Source of the DNA: Chloropicon primus
Taxonomy: Eukaryota
Length of the DNA: 64,000 nt
Assembly: GCA_023205875.1 (NCBI GenBank)
Contig: CP060758.1
Location: 682,001-746,000 of the forward strand
Direction: 5' to 3'
Part shown: in pieces, positions 40,159 through 51,600 of the stretch
How positions within the stretch are numbered: the first letter of the stretch is position 1
Layout of the letters: the number at the start of each line of letters is the position of its first letter
Made by a program: the position numbers and the translations under genes
Notes under the pieces: model-generated
Seen by the model: the letters and a program-made list of their open reading frames with translations, nothing else
The model's database searches: none
What the model was told of the DNA's origin: nothing

Positions 40159-43077
40159 TCAACGCGACAAGTACCCCTTGTACCCCAAGGGAGCTTCCCC
40201 TTGTCTAGCACCGCCGCCCTTACCACCTGCGTAGCCCTTTCGCTTCAGCCACTTTCTGACTGCTCTCTGAATCTTCCTCGTGCTGATTTGCCGCACGTCC
40301 ACCATCCTGTGTTCCAAGATGTAATCCTTCGAGGCCATGACGTACACCAGGTCATCGCTTTTGAGGATTGTGTCTCCCGGTGGCAGAGTCCACACGAAAG
40401 GAATTCTCTTCCCGTTCTCGGGTCGTCTGTAAATGGCGAAGCAGACTGTCCCGGACTTCAAGCAACCCATGTACATCTCAGCAAAGGTCTTCCCTGCGTA
40501 TTTGTACGGATGGAGGGACCACAACGCTTGAGAAGAGTTCTCTCCCGAGCCCAGTACCGTCATCAAGACGTCCAAAACTCCAGGAGTGTAGTACGTCGCT
40601 GCGAGAACGCGGAGCAAGTCCCTCACCAGGACGATCTGACCCGACCGCAAGTGGTAGCAATTAGTGTCGAGCCTTGCCTCTTCGAACTGCCCCGGCAAGA
40701 GCTTGTGGGACGGGCCCTCGTTGAAAGTCACCACAACTGGCACGGACCGGCCGATCCTCTTGAACTCCTGCTCCAGGATCGAAGTGACGAAAATGACCTT
40801 TTGATCCTGCATCATTCGGTTGTTGGACGACGCCGACTGGGGCTCGGACAGGATAATAATCCGTGAAGCCTCCCCGACTTTCGCCTTTGTAGTCAAATCA
40901 CCGATCGAAGTGGGCTCGCCCACTTCGAACTTGACCCACTTGTGCTTGTTCCTCAGGTCCTCGGGGGCCTCGTACGGGCAGAGCAAAAGCACGTTGATCT
41001 GGAACGTCGTTTGCATCTGCCTGATGTTCCTTGCGATGACGTGGACCACCTCCCACTGCCGGTTGGAGTGGCAGAGAATGATGATGTTTGTCTGCACGCG
41101 GTGATCGACACTCACTTCCAGCCCTTGCGATAGTTTCTTCCGTGCTATCGGCTCACTCCGGAAGCTCGGGATCCCGTGAAAGTCCATCTTGCTCTTCGCG
41201 ATCAGCTGGTTGGCAGCCGCTTTCATCTTACGCCTCTTCTCCAAGAAAGACTCCAGGTTCTCGCAGTACTCCCCGTCCCAATCGCTTGTCCGCCTCGAGA
41301 CAAAGTCGAGGTTCGACTTGTCCCTGGGAAGGAGGTAAGCTATCGTGCTCTTGTTCGTCTGCTCGCGCGAGTCGCAAGAGCAATGAAATCCGGACCTCGT
41401 CATCAAGCCTATCAGAACGATCTCCCACCGCGAGTACAGCTCGAAAGCCAGCTGGGTGAACGTCAGGCCCAGCAGGGAGGGCTTCAGAAGCACTCCGTGG
41501 ATTTCCAACTTCAACCCCTCCACGTAATCGTAGTTGTGATCGCTCTTGTCCTTGGAATACAGGATCGGATCTTGCTTGATCATGTTGCTCAGAATCGTTG
41601 GGATGCCCGGAGCCCGGCAATGGTTGATGAGAAGGAGGCCCTCGAGGTTTTGGTTCGAGTAGCACACGAAAGGCGGAAGCCCGAGGGCAGCCCCGAGTTT
41701 CTTGCTGTTCCTCCTCAGCAGCAGGACCTTGAGGTCAATGTGTGGAAACACGTTTCTGACCACCACGGCCGTGGCAAGGTTTTTTTCGTCCTCGCTCCGA
41801 TGGTCCTCCGCGTCCATGTCCCCTATGATGTAAACCCTCTTCGCGGTCGCCAAGCTCGTTCTCTTCATGTCTTCCAGCCTCACCAGAGAGCCTTGCAAGA
41901 ATCGAATGAAATCAGTGGCCCACCACTGCTTCAGAAGCTTTCTCCTCACCTCCGTGCTCACCAGCTGGCTGGACACCAGGAGAATCTGGGGGCGCTCCCG
42001 CCCCCTGCTCGGGTGACACAGCTCCTCCACGAATGGGCCGAAGACGTGGAGATTCTGGTTGTCCACCGCCCCACCCGTCACTATCACGTGGCCCTTGCTG
42101 GACCTGTAAGTCCCTTGCCCATTCGTCAGCAAGCTCGACAGTTCCAGCATCCGCGAGGTCTCCTTGGAGAAGAAGATGATGCCCCCGAAGATCATGATGA
42201 TCGCGACAATCCTCCCGAGCCCGCTCTCGGGATAGATGTCCCCGTAACCAACTGTGGAGATGGACACGAAGCTGTAGTAGAGCATGATGAAGAAACTGAT
42301 CGGCTTTCCCTTCCCGTTGTGCGTCCTCAGCGTGCTCTCGTCAAAGAGATCCATGTCCCCAAGGGCTTCCACGAGGAACATGGTCGCCGCGGAGATGGTC
42401 ATCAGCGTGACGAACTTGAAGAACGTCAGAAGGCAAGCCGTCTGGAAGTCCGAGAGCTTCTGCGTCGCCCTCACCAATCGAACCAGGCTGATGTACGCGT
42501 TGTAGGCCCTCAGGTAGCCTAGAGAGAGCCAGCCGTCCTGGTGGATCAAGGCCACCAGGAGGGACGTGCAGGACAACACGTCCATTATCGTGTTCACCTT
42601 GTAGCACTCGGATATCCTCCACTCGTTTCGGAACTGTTCCAGCAAGCCGTGAAGGGCAAAGTAGGAGCACAAGCAAAAGGCGGTCAACTTCTCGACGCCA
42701 CTCGGCGGCGCCAGAGTGTACGACTTGCTTATCCACATCGCCGCGACTGTCACGCTCGCGCAGAACTGGACGAGGTTCAGCAGGAGGTACAGGATCGGCT
42801 GGTTCCGAGCCACATGCTTATCTGCGACTTCTCCGGGGGAGCCCAACAGTTTCACTGCAAGCCTCTGGAGCCAGTACTGCTTGTCCTTCTTCGTCGCCTT
42901 GAGGACCTGATTGCTGAAGAAGCGGTGACTGAGGACCACAAAGGTCGAGAAGGACGCGTACACGATAAGGAAGAACACGAACTGAGACCCCAGGTCCCTC
43001 CAGGAGCCCATGGCCTCCCGATCCGGAGCCAAGATGTCCACACTGTCCATTCTTCTGTGCTTCGGCAAGACGGACAT
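40159..43077 (-). CDS. BK/Slo-like potassium channel with tandem RCK domains and an IQ-like tail
   Basis: Several TM helices, pore STVGYGDIYP, HVIVTG and FLQGS (RCK1), PGIPTILSNM, second RCK, C-terminal KIQRAVRKW. Confidence 0.88.
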   Translation of the reverse strand: MSVLPKHRRMDSVDILAPDREAMGSWRDLGSQFVFFLIVYASFSTFVVLSHRFFSNQVLKATKKDKQYWLQRLAVKLLGSPGEVADKHVARNQPILYLLLNLVQFCASVTVAAMWISKSYTLAPPSGVEKLTAFCLCSYFALHGLLEQFRNEWRISECYKVNTIMDVLSCTSLLVALIHQDGWLSLGYLRAYNAYISLVRLVRATQKLSDFQTACLLTFFKFVTLMTISAATMFLVEALGDMDLFDESTLRTHNGKGKPISFFIMLYYSFVSISTVGYGDIYPESGLGRIVAIIMIFGGIIFFSKETSRMLELSSLLTNGQGTYRSSKGHVIVTGGAVDNQNLHVFGPFVEELCHPSRGRERPQILLVSSQLVSTEVRRKLLKQWWATDFIRFLQGSLVRLEDMKRTSLATAKRVYIIGDMDAEDHRSEDEKNLATAVVVRNVFPHIDLKVLLLRRNSKKLGAALGLPPFVCYSNQNLEGLLLINHCRAPGIPTILSNMIKQDPILYSKDKSDHNYDYVEGLKLEIHGVLLKPSLLGLTFTQLAFELYSRWEIVLIGLMTRSGFHCSCDSREQTNKSTIAYLLPRDKSNLDFVSRRTSDWDGEYCENLESFLEKRRKMKAAANQLIAKSKMDFHGIPSFRSEPIARKKLSQGLEVSVDHRVQTNIIILCHSNRQWEVVHVIARNIRQMQTTFQINVLLLCPYEAPEDLRNKHKWVKFEVGEPTSIGDLTTKAKVGEASRIIILSEPQSASSNNRMMQDQKVIFVTSILEQEFKRIGRSVPVVVTFNEGPSHKLLPGQFEEARLDTNCYHLRSGQIVLVRDLLRVLAATYYTPGVLDVLMTVLGSGENSSQALWSLHPYKYAGKTFAEMYMGCLKSGTVCFAIYRRPENGKRIPFVWTLPPGDTILKSDDLVYVMASKDYILEHRMVDVRQISTRKIQRAVRKWLKRKGYAGGKGGGARQGEAPLGYKGYLSR

Positions 43078-43363
43078 ATGGCAAGCAGTGCAAGCTCCCG
43101 AAATCAGAACAACAAATTGACACTAGCCCTTCCGCCCCCCCCTCCTACATCCTCTTGGACTCGTTCCACCAAAAAGGGACGAAGTCTCCTCCCGGCGCGC
43201 GGCCCCTCCACTGCTTGATTCGAAAACCAGCCTGTCCCCAGGCAGAGGGGGAGGGAACGGCGCAATGCGAGCAATGGAGGGCTCGGTGAATGAATGAATT
43301 CTTTTTTACATTACGCTTGGCACGCCTCGCTGCTCGTGCCTCGACGGGTCCCGACCCTTGCTG

Positions 43364-45013
43364 TTATGATACAATGTTTGCCAGGCTTTCCGTCTCAAGC
43401 TCCTTGTAAATCTCCGCTTCTTCGAGGAGCGGATGGTACCGGTAGACGTCTTGCGTGGTCACCTTGTCGGGAAGGTGGTTAAAGTAATGGAAGTTGGTGT
43501 CGTTGTGGTGAAACCCATACATGTTGATGGGATGGTCGCAGGTCTTCAGGGCCATCACGATTCCAGCAAGACCGGTGGATGGCTTGAGCTTCCGGTGAGA
43601 CACCCAATCCCAAATATGGCACCAAAACTCGGGGTTGAAGGTGTACTGCTTCCTCTTCCTGTACCTCTTCCTGTGGTTCACGAACTTCCGCAGGTCCCCC
43701 TTGTTCCTCGCAGTGAAAATGAGATACCTGTCGCTCGACTCCTTGAAGCCGAGGTTGTCCACGTTCTGGATCCGAACAGTCGTTTTCGTCCCGACATCCT
43801 TCTCGAACTTGGCGGTTGGGGCTCCGTTGAAGCGAAACACGGCGTCGTGGGCATCGATCTCGGACCCGTGCTCCTTGCCCAGCAAGCTCCCGCTGTTCCC
43901 CACCACGGCGCACTTTCCCAACCTCGATACCCCGATCTCATCCTGCTCCGGAATGACCTCCTCGAGTTGTGGGTGCGCGGCCAAAACGGCGTCGACGTCG
44001 TGAAACTCCATCACAGGGTGGCCCCCGCAGGAGATCTTGCCCCTCATCTCGAGATTTAGCTGATTCATGACCACGTCGACTTTCGTGTTCAGGAGCTTCT
44101 CTATCCTCGCGCTGTTGTGAAGCTCTCCCTGGACCTTCTGGCTGAGCTTGTAGGGCTCCTTGCGCTCGGCCACCGGCGTGTCATCATCCCCCCGCTTCGC
44201 TGACTCTTCGGCCTCCCTTTCCTTCACCGCTTCCCTGACGGCTTCCCTCTCCCTCCTCCTTGCCTCCCTCTCCCTCTCCCGCTCGACTCGCTCCCTCTCC
44301 CTTCGCTCTCGCCTTTCCCTCAGCCTCCTCTCCTGGGCAGACTCCTGCTTGGGACCACGAGCCTCATCCCCCGGGCTCTCCTCCTTGCCAACCTCTTCCT
44401 GCTGGGGACGCTGCTGCTGGGGGTGGCGGTGGTCCGCCTTCTCCCTCGAGCTCCTCGCCAGCGCAGAGAAGTCGATCTTCGTGTGGAACTTTGGAACCTC
44501 CTTGGGCGGCAGGTTGTCGTCCTCGGCTGGGACCACAAAGTCGGTGCTCGCGAAGTAAAGCTGGGGCCTCGGCAAGATGCAACCAAAGTCAGGGCTGCAC
44601 GAGGCCTCTACCCTCGTGTGCGGGAAAATACCGCGCACGAGGTCCCTCCTGACGAGCTTGGCGATCCTCTTGTGCGAGGCTTTCACCTTGCGCGCGAGCG
44701 TCCTCACCGAGAAAGAGGGCTGCTCACTGGAGTCGCTCGTATCAAGCTCCTGGAAGAGGACGAAGGAGCTCAGGGCGTACACGATCGCGAGCACGAACAG
44801 CAGGTGCAGAATGGGCAGCCTGCCTTTGAGCTTTGAGAGCGCCAAAATCGCAAGCAGACGGGAAGGGAGAGAGAAGGTTATTATTAGCTCGGATGAACGA
44901 CAACCGGATGAGCTCCTAAAACACCAAGATCCGGATCTTTGAGCATGATCACTTCAAGTGTGGCTTACCAAGGCGTTGGTTGACCGCCCCTGCCTCCTCA
45001 TCGCCGACCTCAT
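43364..45013 (-). CDS. GT29 sialyltransferase-like type II membrane protein; exons 45013-44969 and 44830-43364
   Basis: Sialylmotifs L (CAVVGNSG...IDAHDAVFRFN...DVGTKTT), S (PSTG...C...YGF), III (HYF) and VS (HPLLEE); upstream exon joined by a GTAAGC..CTAAT..AAG intron. Confidence 0.9.
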
Positions 45014-45666
45014 GCCGTCCGCAGGAAAGGCAAACGAATCGCTCAGCCACCGAACACCACAGCAGCAGCAGCAGCACAAACAAACGACCTCTGTTGATCC
45101 TGTGCGAGCAAGCAAGGGATTGGATCCCTCACCAAGACCTCCTCTATTCTCAGGGGTGATTCCTTGAAGTTCTTCTACGACCTCCGGAGGTCCTCAAAGC
45201 CAAAGCCCGTTGCCCGGAGCCATTGCTGTGGTGATCTCCAAAGGTGTCCTCCTCCTCCTCCTTGGATGGCCCTCCTCCTCCCTCCGAAAGGTGATCTCTT
45301 GTGTAATGTTAAATTTGCTTCTCGTTTGAACCTCCCCAAATGGAGAAGAGAAGAAAGGAAAGTCAAACTGGTGCGTCTTGATTTGGACGTCGAGGAAAGC
45401 GGAGGAAAGCGGAGGAAAGGCGGAGCGAAGCGGTCTTCACTGACTTTGCTCGAGGACGAGGACGAGGACGGGTGGAGGTGGACGTGGAGGCCATCTGCGG
45501 AATCGATTCCCGCGCACGAAAGGTTCCACCTTTGTTGGACTTTGGAAAAAATATGGCCCCCCAGAGTTAAAGTGTATACAACTAGCGCTAGACTCGAGAG
45601 GACTTCCTTCGGAACGAGTGGGTTGTGAGAGGAGAGGGGGTGTCGCTCGGGAGTGAAGAGAGGGCA

Positions 45667-48600
45667 ATGGCGGTGGTGGAAGTGGAAGACAGGCTGTGGA
45701 AGCTCCTGGAGGAGCACTTCCCGGTATGGAACCAGGCGGAGGCGGACGCCATGAAGGCGGAGGACTCTGCAGAGAAGTACGAAGACGAGTTCGGTACCCT
45801 CACGCCCAAGTTTCTCGTCAATTACATTGACTGCTGGAAGAGGCCAGACAGCCTCGTGACGAACAATCCGGACGTTGCGATGGTCACCTTCGAGGAGGAT
45901 GACGATTCTCGTCGGAACGTGAAGGGAGAGATGTTTGCTGGCAACGACAAGGGCTTTGAGTGGCTCGTCGCTGTCATGATGGCGATAAGGAACAAGTCCT
46001 CGTCTATCGCCCAGAACGACTACTTGTGGGAGTCGATCTACCCAAAGGACAAGGCGACGGACCTGCCGCAGGTGAACCCGGCGGGAAAGTACAGCGTCAA
46101 GATGTACTTCATGAAGGAGTGGAGGAGGGTGGACATCGATGACAGGATCCCGGTCGACTTGTTCGGAAGGCCGCTCCCGGTGGGCATCAGGCCGATCCAA
46201 TTGTGGCCCCTTCTTCTCACCAAGGCGGTGCTGAAGCTGATGGCGGCTTTCGGGGTGCTAGAGAAGACCTCGCCGTGCGATGTCCCGGCCTTCACTTGGC
46301 TCACGTCCTGGCCGACTGAGAGCCTGGAGTCGCCGAACATAAACAACGGGACCGGATCCCTGTACGACAGGCTGTGCGACGCGAAGATCAACGACAACAT
46401 CGTTGTGACTTGCTGCCTGAAGGAGAGGGCCGCCTCGGACAGGCCGCCCCCAAGAATGGTGGTCCTGTGCGGTCCCTCCGGCGTGGGCATCGGCAAGATT
46501 GTGGAGCGGGTGCTGGAAAATCACAGCGACAGCTTCGGCCGCTGCGTGAGCCACACGACCAGGCGGCCTATGGAGCACGAGGTCTTCGGCCTCAGCTACA
46601 ACTTCGTGGATGAGGACACGATCAAGGCTATGGATGAGGAGCACAAGTTTCTCGAGTGCAACAAGATCGAAAAGTACTCCAAAGTTTTCCCTGGGACGTA
46701 CCACTACGCCACGAGTCTCTCCACCGTGAGAGAGATCGCTGCGGCTGGAAAGTTGTGCATCACGGCCATCGATTTGCAGGGTTGCACCGACTTGTACAAC
46801 CGGGAGGGCGTCGACGCTTTGTACGTCTTCGTCGAGCCACCCACCATAGAATTCCTGGAGAAGAAACTGACGCTCAGGCTGAAGGAAGCGGAGTCCACGG
46901 TCCAGAAGCGCATGGATTACGCAGAGAAGGAGATCAAGGATTGCGAGGAGCTTGGCTCGTTCGACCACGACATCGTCACGGAGGACTACGAGACCTTTTT
47001 CATGGAAGTCAAGGAAGCCATTTCTGTTCTGAGCCCGATCATCCGTAACAGAATTCGTGGACTCCCTCCTTATCTCTTGGACTACTCGGATCTGATCCCA
47101 TCGAACAGCGTGGAGAAGCCGGACGTGAAGCCTGTCATCATCGCTGGACCTGATGACGAAGTGAACGACAAGATCATCGCTGCCCTGATAGAGGAGTTCC
47201 CTGACGTCTTTGGCTTCGCCCTTCGGTACACGAACAACGAGGAGCTGGCAACCCCGGAGGACAAAGAGGAGGACATCATAAAGCAAAGGTACAAGTACCT
47301 TCCTGACGAGGAGTTCCAGGCCACCAAGGGGAAGGGAGGCTTTGCTTACCAGAATTCCGATCTCTTTGTCCACGAGTCGCTGGTCAAGGAGTACGGGACC
47401 ACTATGGAGGAGATACAAAAGTGCATCGACCAGAGCCGACTTTGCATCTTGAAAACGACGGTGGCTGGTACCAAGATGATCAAGGACAAGGGCATGGACG
47501 TCCTTTCGATCTTCCTCTCGCCGCCGAACATGGACACGCACATGAGCAGGCTCCGCACGTACTTGGCCGAACCGAGGAGCGCAATCCAGTCCATGCTGGA
47601 CGAGGCTTCTGAGATGAGGAAGAAGGCGGAGGAGATGGGAATCTTCGACAAGTTCATCGTGAGCGAGGACGCGGATAAGGCTTTCGGCGACCTCAAGAAA
47701 ACCATCAGCGAGTACCGACCTGACATCATCCCACCCATGCTCGAGGAGGTCGAGGAGGATGGCGAGAAAACCATCCAGCCTCCTGTCGTGCTCTGCGGTC
47801 CTCCTGGCGTCCGCAAGTCGACGCTGGCCAAGAACTTGGTGAAGGCGTATCCTGACAAGTTCGAATGCTGCGTCTCGTACACGACTCGCGCCGCGCAGGC
47901 AGGGGAAGTGGACGGGGAGGACTACCATTTTGTGGACAAGAAAAAGATGGACACCCTCCTCTCGGAGACGGGCGCCTGCCTGGAGAACTCGCAAGTCCTG
48001 GGCAACGTCTACGCGACGCCCGTGGAGGGAGTCAAAGCAATCGCAGAGAAGGGGAAGATCTGCGTCATCAACGTGGATCTCGAGGGGCTGGAGCAGATCA
48101 GGCAGTCTGAAATCTACCCTGGCATGACTTACATCTTCGTTGGACCACCCGCAATGGAGACCTTCGAGATGAGGCTCAAGGAGAGGATCGCGGAGAAGAC
48201 AGAGACGGAGGAGACCGTTCAAAAGAAGGTCGAGTTCGCCACCGCCGAGATGGAGAAGTACACATCGCTAACGGCGACGACGACGGAGGGCGAGGAGAGC
48301 AGCCCTTTTTCCTTTGAGGCCACCATGGTCTTCAATGACGACGAGAGCGCTCTCTCCGAGCTTGTGCACGTCTTGTCGAAGGGAAAGATGGTCGAGCCAA
48401 TCGCAAAGCCTGTCTTTGTCTGCGGACCAGTGGGTTGCGGAAAGCACGAGCTGATCACGCACCTCTTCAAGATGTTTCCTGGAAAGTTTGCCGCCCCGCT
48501 CATTCACACGAGCAGGGAACCCTCCGAGAAGGAGAAGCAGGAAGAGTCGGACTACGTGTTTGTCTCCAGGGATTTCTTCGAGGATGGAGTCGCGTGCGGA

Positions 48601-51600
48601 AAGCTGCTTTACCAGGAAGAGGCGCTTGACCAACTGTATGGCTTGGCAGTGGAGTCCGTCGAGCAGATTTGTAAGCTGGGGAAAGTTCCCATCATTGACG
48701 TGGATACCGTGGAGCAAGCCAAGCAGATCAAGGGCGTGGACTCGGAGTCCCTCTTCATATTCGTGGGGCCCAAGAGCCTGGACGACGTGAAGGAAAAGCT
48801 TGCTCTGGAGCTGGAAAGGACGCAACCCCCGGGCTACTCGGTGGAGGAGGCCCTCGGCATGCGCCTGGAGTTCATTAAGGCTCAAATGGAAGCCGTGAAC
48901 GGAGCCGCGGAGAACTTATTCGACTCCAGCATCCAAGTGACGGCGAGAGAGATGGTGCAGCTCGAGGTTCAGGCCAAGGAGCAAGTCGGAAACGTGTCCT
49001 ACCACAAGCTCCTGGAGTGCATCTCCCACTACGTGCCGCAGCAAATCTCTCAGCCGCAAGTGTGGGGCTACGGGCAGCAGCTTTGGGACAAGGACGTGAG
49101 GCAGTACGGGCAGATGCAGCTCAAGGTGATCATTTTGGGGCCCGCGGGTTCCGGAAAGACGACCCAGTGCAAGTTGATATCGCAAAAATACCAGATTCCA
49201 ATCATCAGCCCGGGTCTTCTCTTGTACGAGGAGGTTCAAAACAAGACGGAGATTGGGTTGGAGGCCAAGGTGTACATGGACTCCACGAGGACGGTGCCAG
49301 AGGAGCTGATCGTTAGGGTGATCAAAAATCGCATTGCCAAGCCTGATTGCCAGCTCCAAGGTTGGCTCCTGGACGGATTCCCGCATACCACGAAAGAGGC
49401 CGATGCGCTGACGAGTGCGGGGGTCATACCGGACAAGGTCGTCTTCCTGGAGTCGAGGCAAGACGTGCTTCTCTGGAGGTGCAAGGGTCGAAGGATAGAC
49501 CCGAGCAATCCGCACGATGTGTACTTCCTGCCGCCAAACAGCGACGAGACGCCACCAAATGTCTTGTCGGATGGCACCGCAAGCAAGGCAATCATGCCCT
49601 TGAACGCGGGGGGGGAGGAAGACCAGGCGGCGTCCTGTAGGCTAACGATAAGGCACGATGACACCGAGGAGAACTTCAGAAATCGTATTCACAAGTACGA
49701 CATCTACACGGCGGGCATTAAAGCGGAGTACAACGCCACGAGCATCTACGTTCCTGGGGGTGACTCCGGGATCCCCGAGGGTGAAGACAAGCTGAATTGG
49801 CACAGGCTCTCTCCACAGGAGCTTCACGGCTCCATCGTTGAATTCTTGACGATCGAGGACACGAGGGAGAAAGACATGGACATCACCGAGTCGAAGAAGC
49901 TCGTGGAATGTCAGTATTGCATCAGCGACACTGTGAAGTTCAGGCGGAAGTGCTTCGTGCGCTTGCAGCAGCAGACCGGCCCGTTCCTGGGACGGGCGTT
50001 CTGGTGCGACATAGATGACATCTGCTCGAACACGTTTTGCATCAACTTCAATCACAACGCGAGGGAGATCGAGAACTGGAAGGACATCAACACCGGGGAC
50101 GTGGCTGTCAGAGACAGGACGTACGTCTTGCACATGGAGTCCGAGGAACCAGTCAGGTTGCTGGCGACGTTCTCTCTGGCCCCTCAGTATTCTCTGAGAG
50201 ATTCGCCCGACGTGTCTCCGCCAGAGGTGGCCCCTCTCCTGTTCATCTGTGGACCATCTGGCGTCGGAAAGTCCACCCTGATCAACATGCTGTTGGAGGG
50301 CTTCCCTGACAAGTTTGCGTACATCAAGAGGAGAACGTCCCACAAGGCCTCCGCGGAGAGGTACGTGAGGGACTTGACGTACTCTGACAAGGACTTCATG
50401 GAGGAGAACATAAGGAAGTCCCTGTTCCTGGAGTACAACGAAGTGGATGGGGACTACTACGGAACCTACAAGGCCGATTTGGAGGACGTCGTTGGCAAGA
50501 TGTGCATCTTCAGGACGGATACCAAGTCCGTGAAGGAGATCAAGGCGGGCAGCTCCATCAAGAAGCTGTTTATCTTCATCGCCCCAAAGTCGCTGGAGGC
50601 CTTGGACCGGCGCCTTCGCGAGCGCGGTGCGGACGACGAGCAGAGCATCCAGAGCAAGCTCGCCCTGGGAGAAGAGGAGATGGCGCTGGTGAAGGAGCAG
50701 GGAATCTTTGACCACGTGATCGTCAACGACGATATCTCCTCGTCGTACATGAGCCTGCTCAGCGTCGTCTCGAACTTGTGGCCAAAGAACAACCTGTCGA
50801 AGACCTGCAACGCGTCTGTTGGACTCTTCTCCTTCTCGCCGCAGGAGAAGGTGAAGGCGAACTTGACGAAGTTGTCCACGAAGATAGAGCAAAGCGTTGT
50901 CATGGACTTCCTGCGTGGCGAGCACATGCTCCAGCTGAGCGTGGACAAGAACTTCGCGTACAACTTCAACGTCGTGTCCATGACGCCGTTCAGCATCAAG
51001 GACGATTACGTGATCCTCAAGGAGGAGAAGGATTTCAAGACGTTTGAGATCAGCGGCAATTACATCGAGCAAGAGCCTCGTGCGTGGAGCATCTGGTTCA
51101 GGAGGAAGGTGGAGATCAAGAGGAAGACTCTGATCACGTTGAGATTGCATGCTCTGGACCACAGGATGAAGTCCCACATGCATCTGGAGGTGGTCAACAA
51201 CGATGACGCCTCGGTGGAGACGATCTTTTTGACCACGGAGACTGCCCCAATGATGTTCGAGCCCAACGAGCGCGGGTACAACATCATGGGATACTCGAGA
51301 AACAGTGGAACCGACTCTCTCGACGCCTCCTCTTGGAAGTTCATCACCTATTCTGACGACCAGGACTTTGAGCTCCAAGAGTGCCATAGCGACAACACGG
51401 AGGTGTTGACCGACTCGTACGGCGCGAACGTGAACTTCCTGGTGTGCAGGTACGTGCTGAATCTCACGGAGTGGACGCAAATTTCGTTCATGGCGGAGGT
51501 CTTGGCCGAGGGGGAGGACAAGGGGGAGGACAAGGGGGAGGACAAGGGGGAGGACAAGGGGGAGACCAAGGAGAAGGAGGAGGAGGAGGGGGAGACCAAG

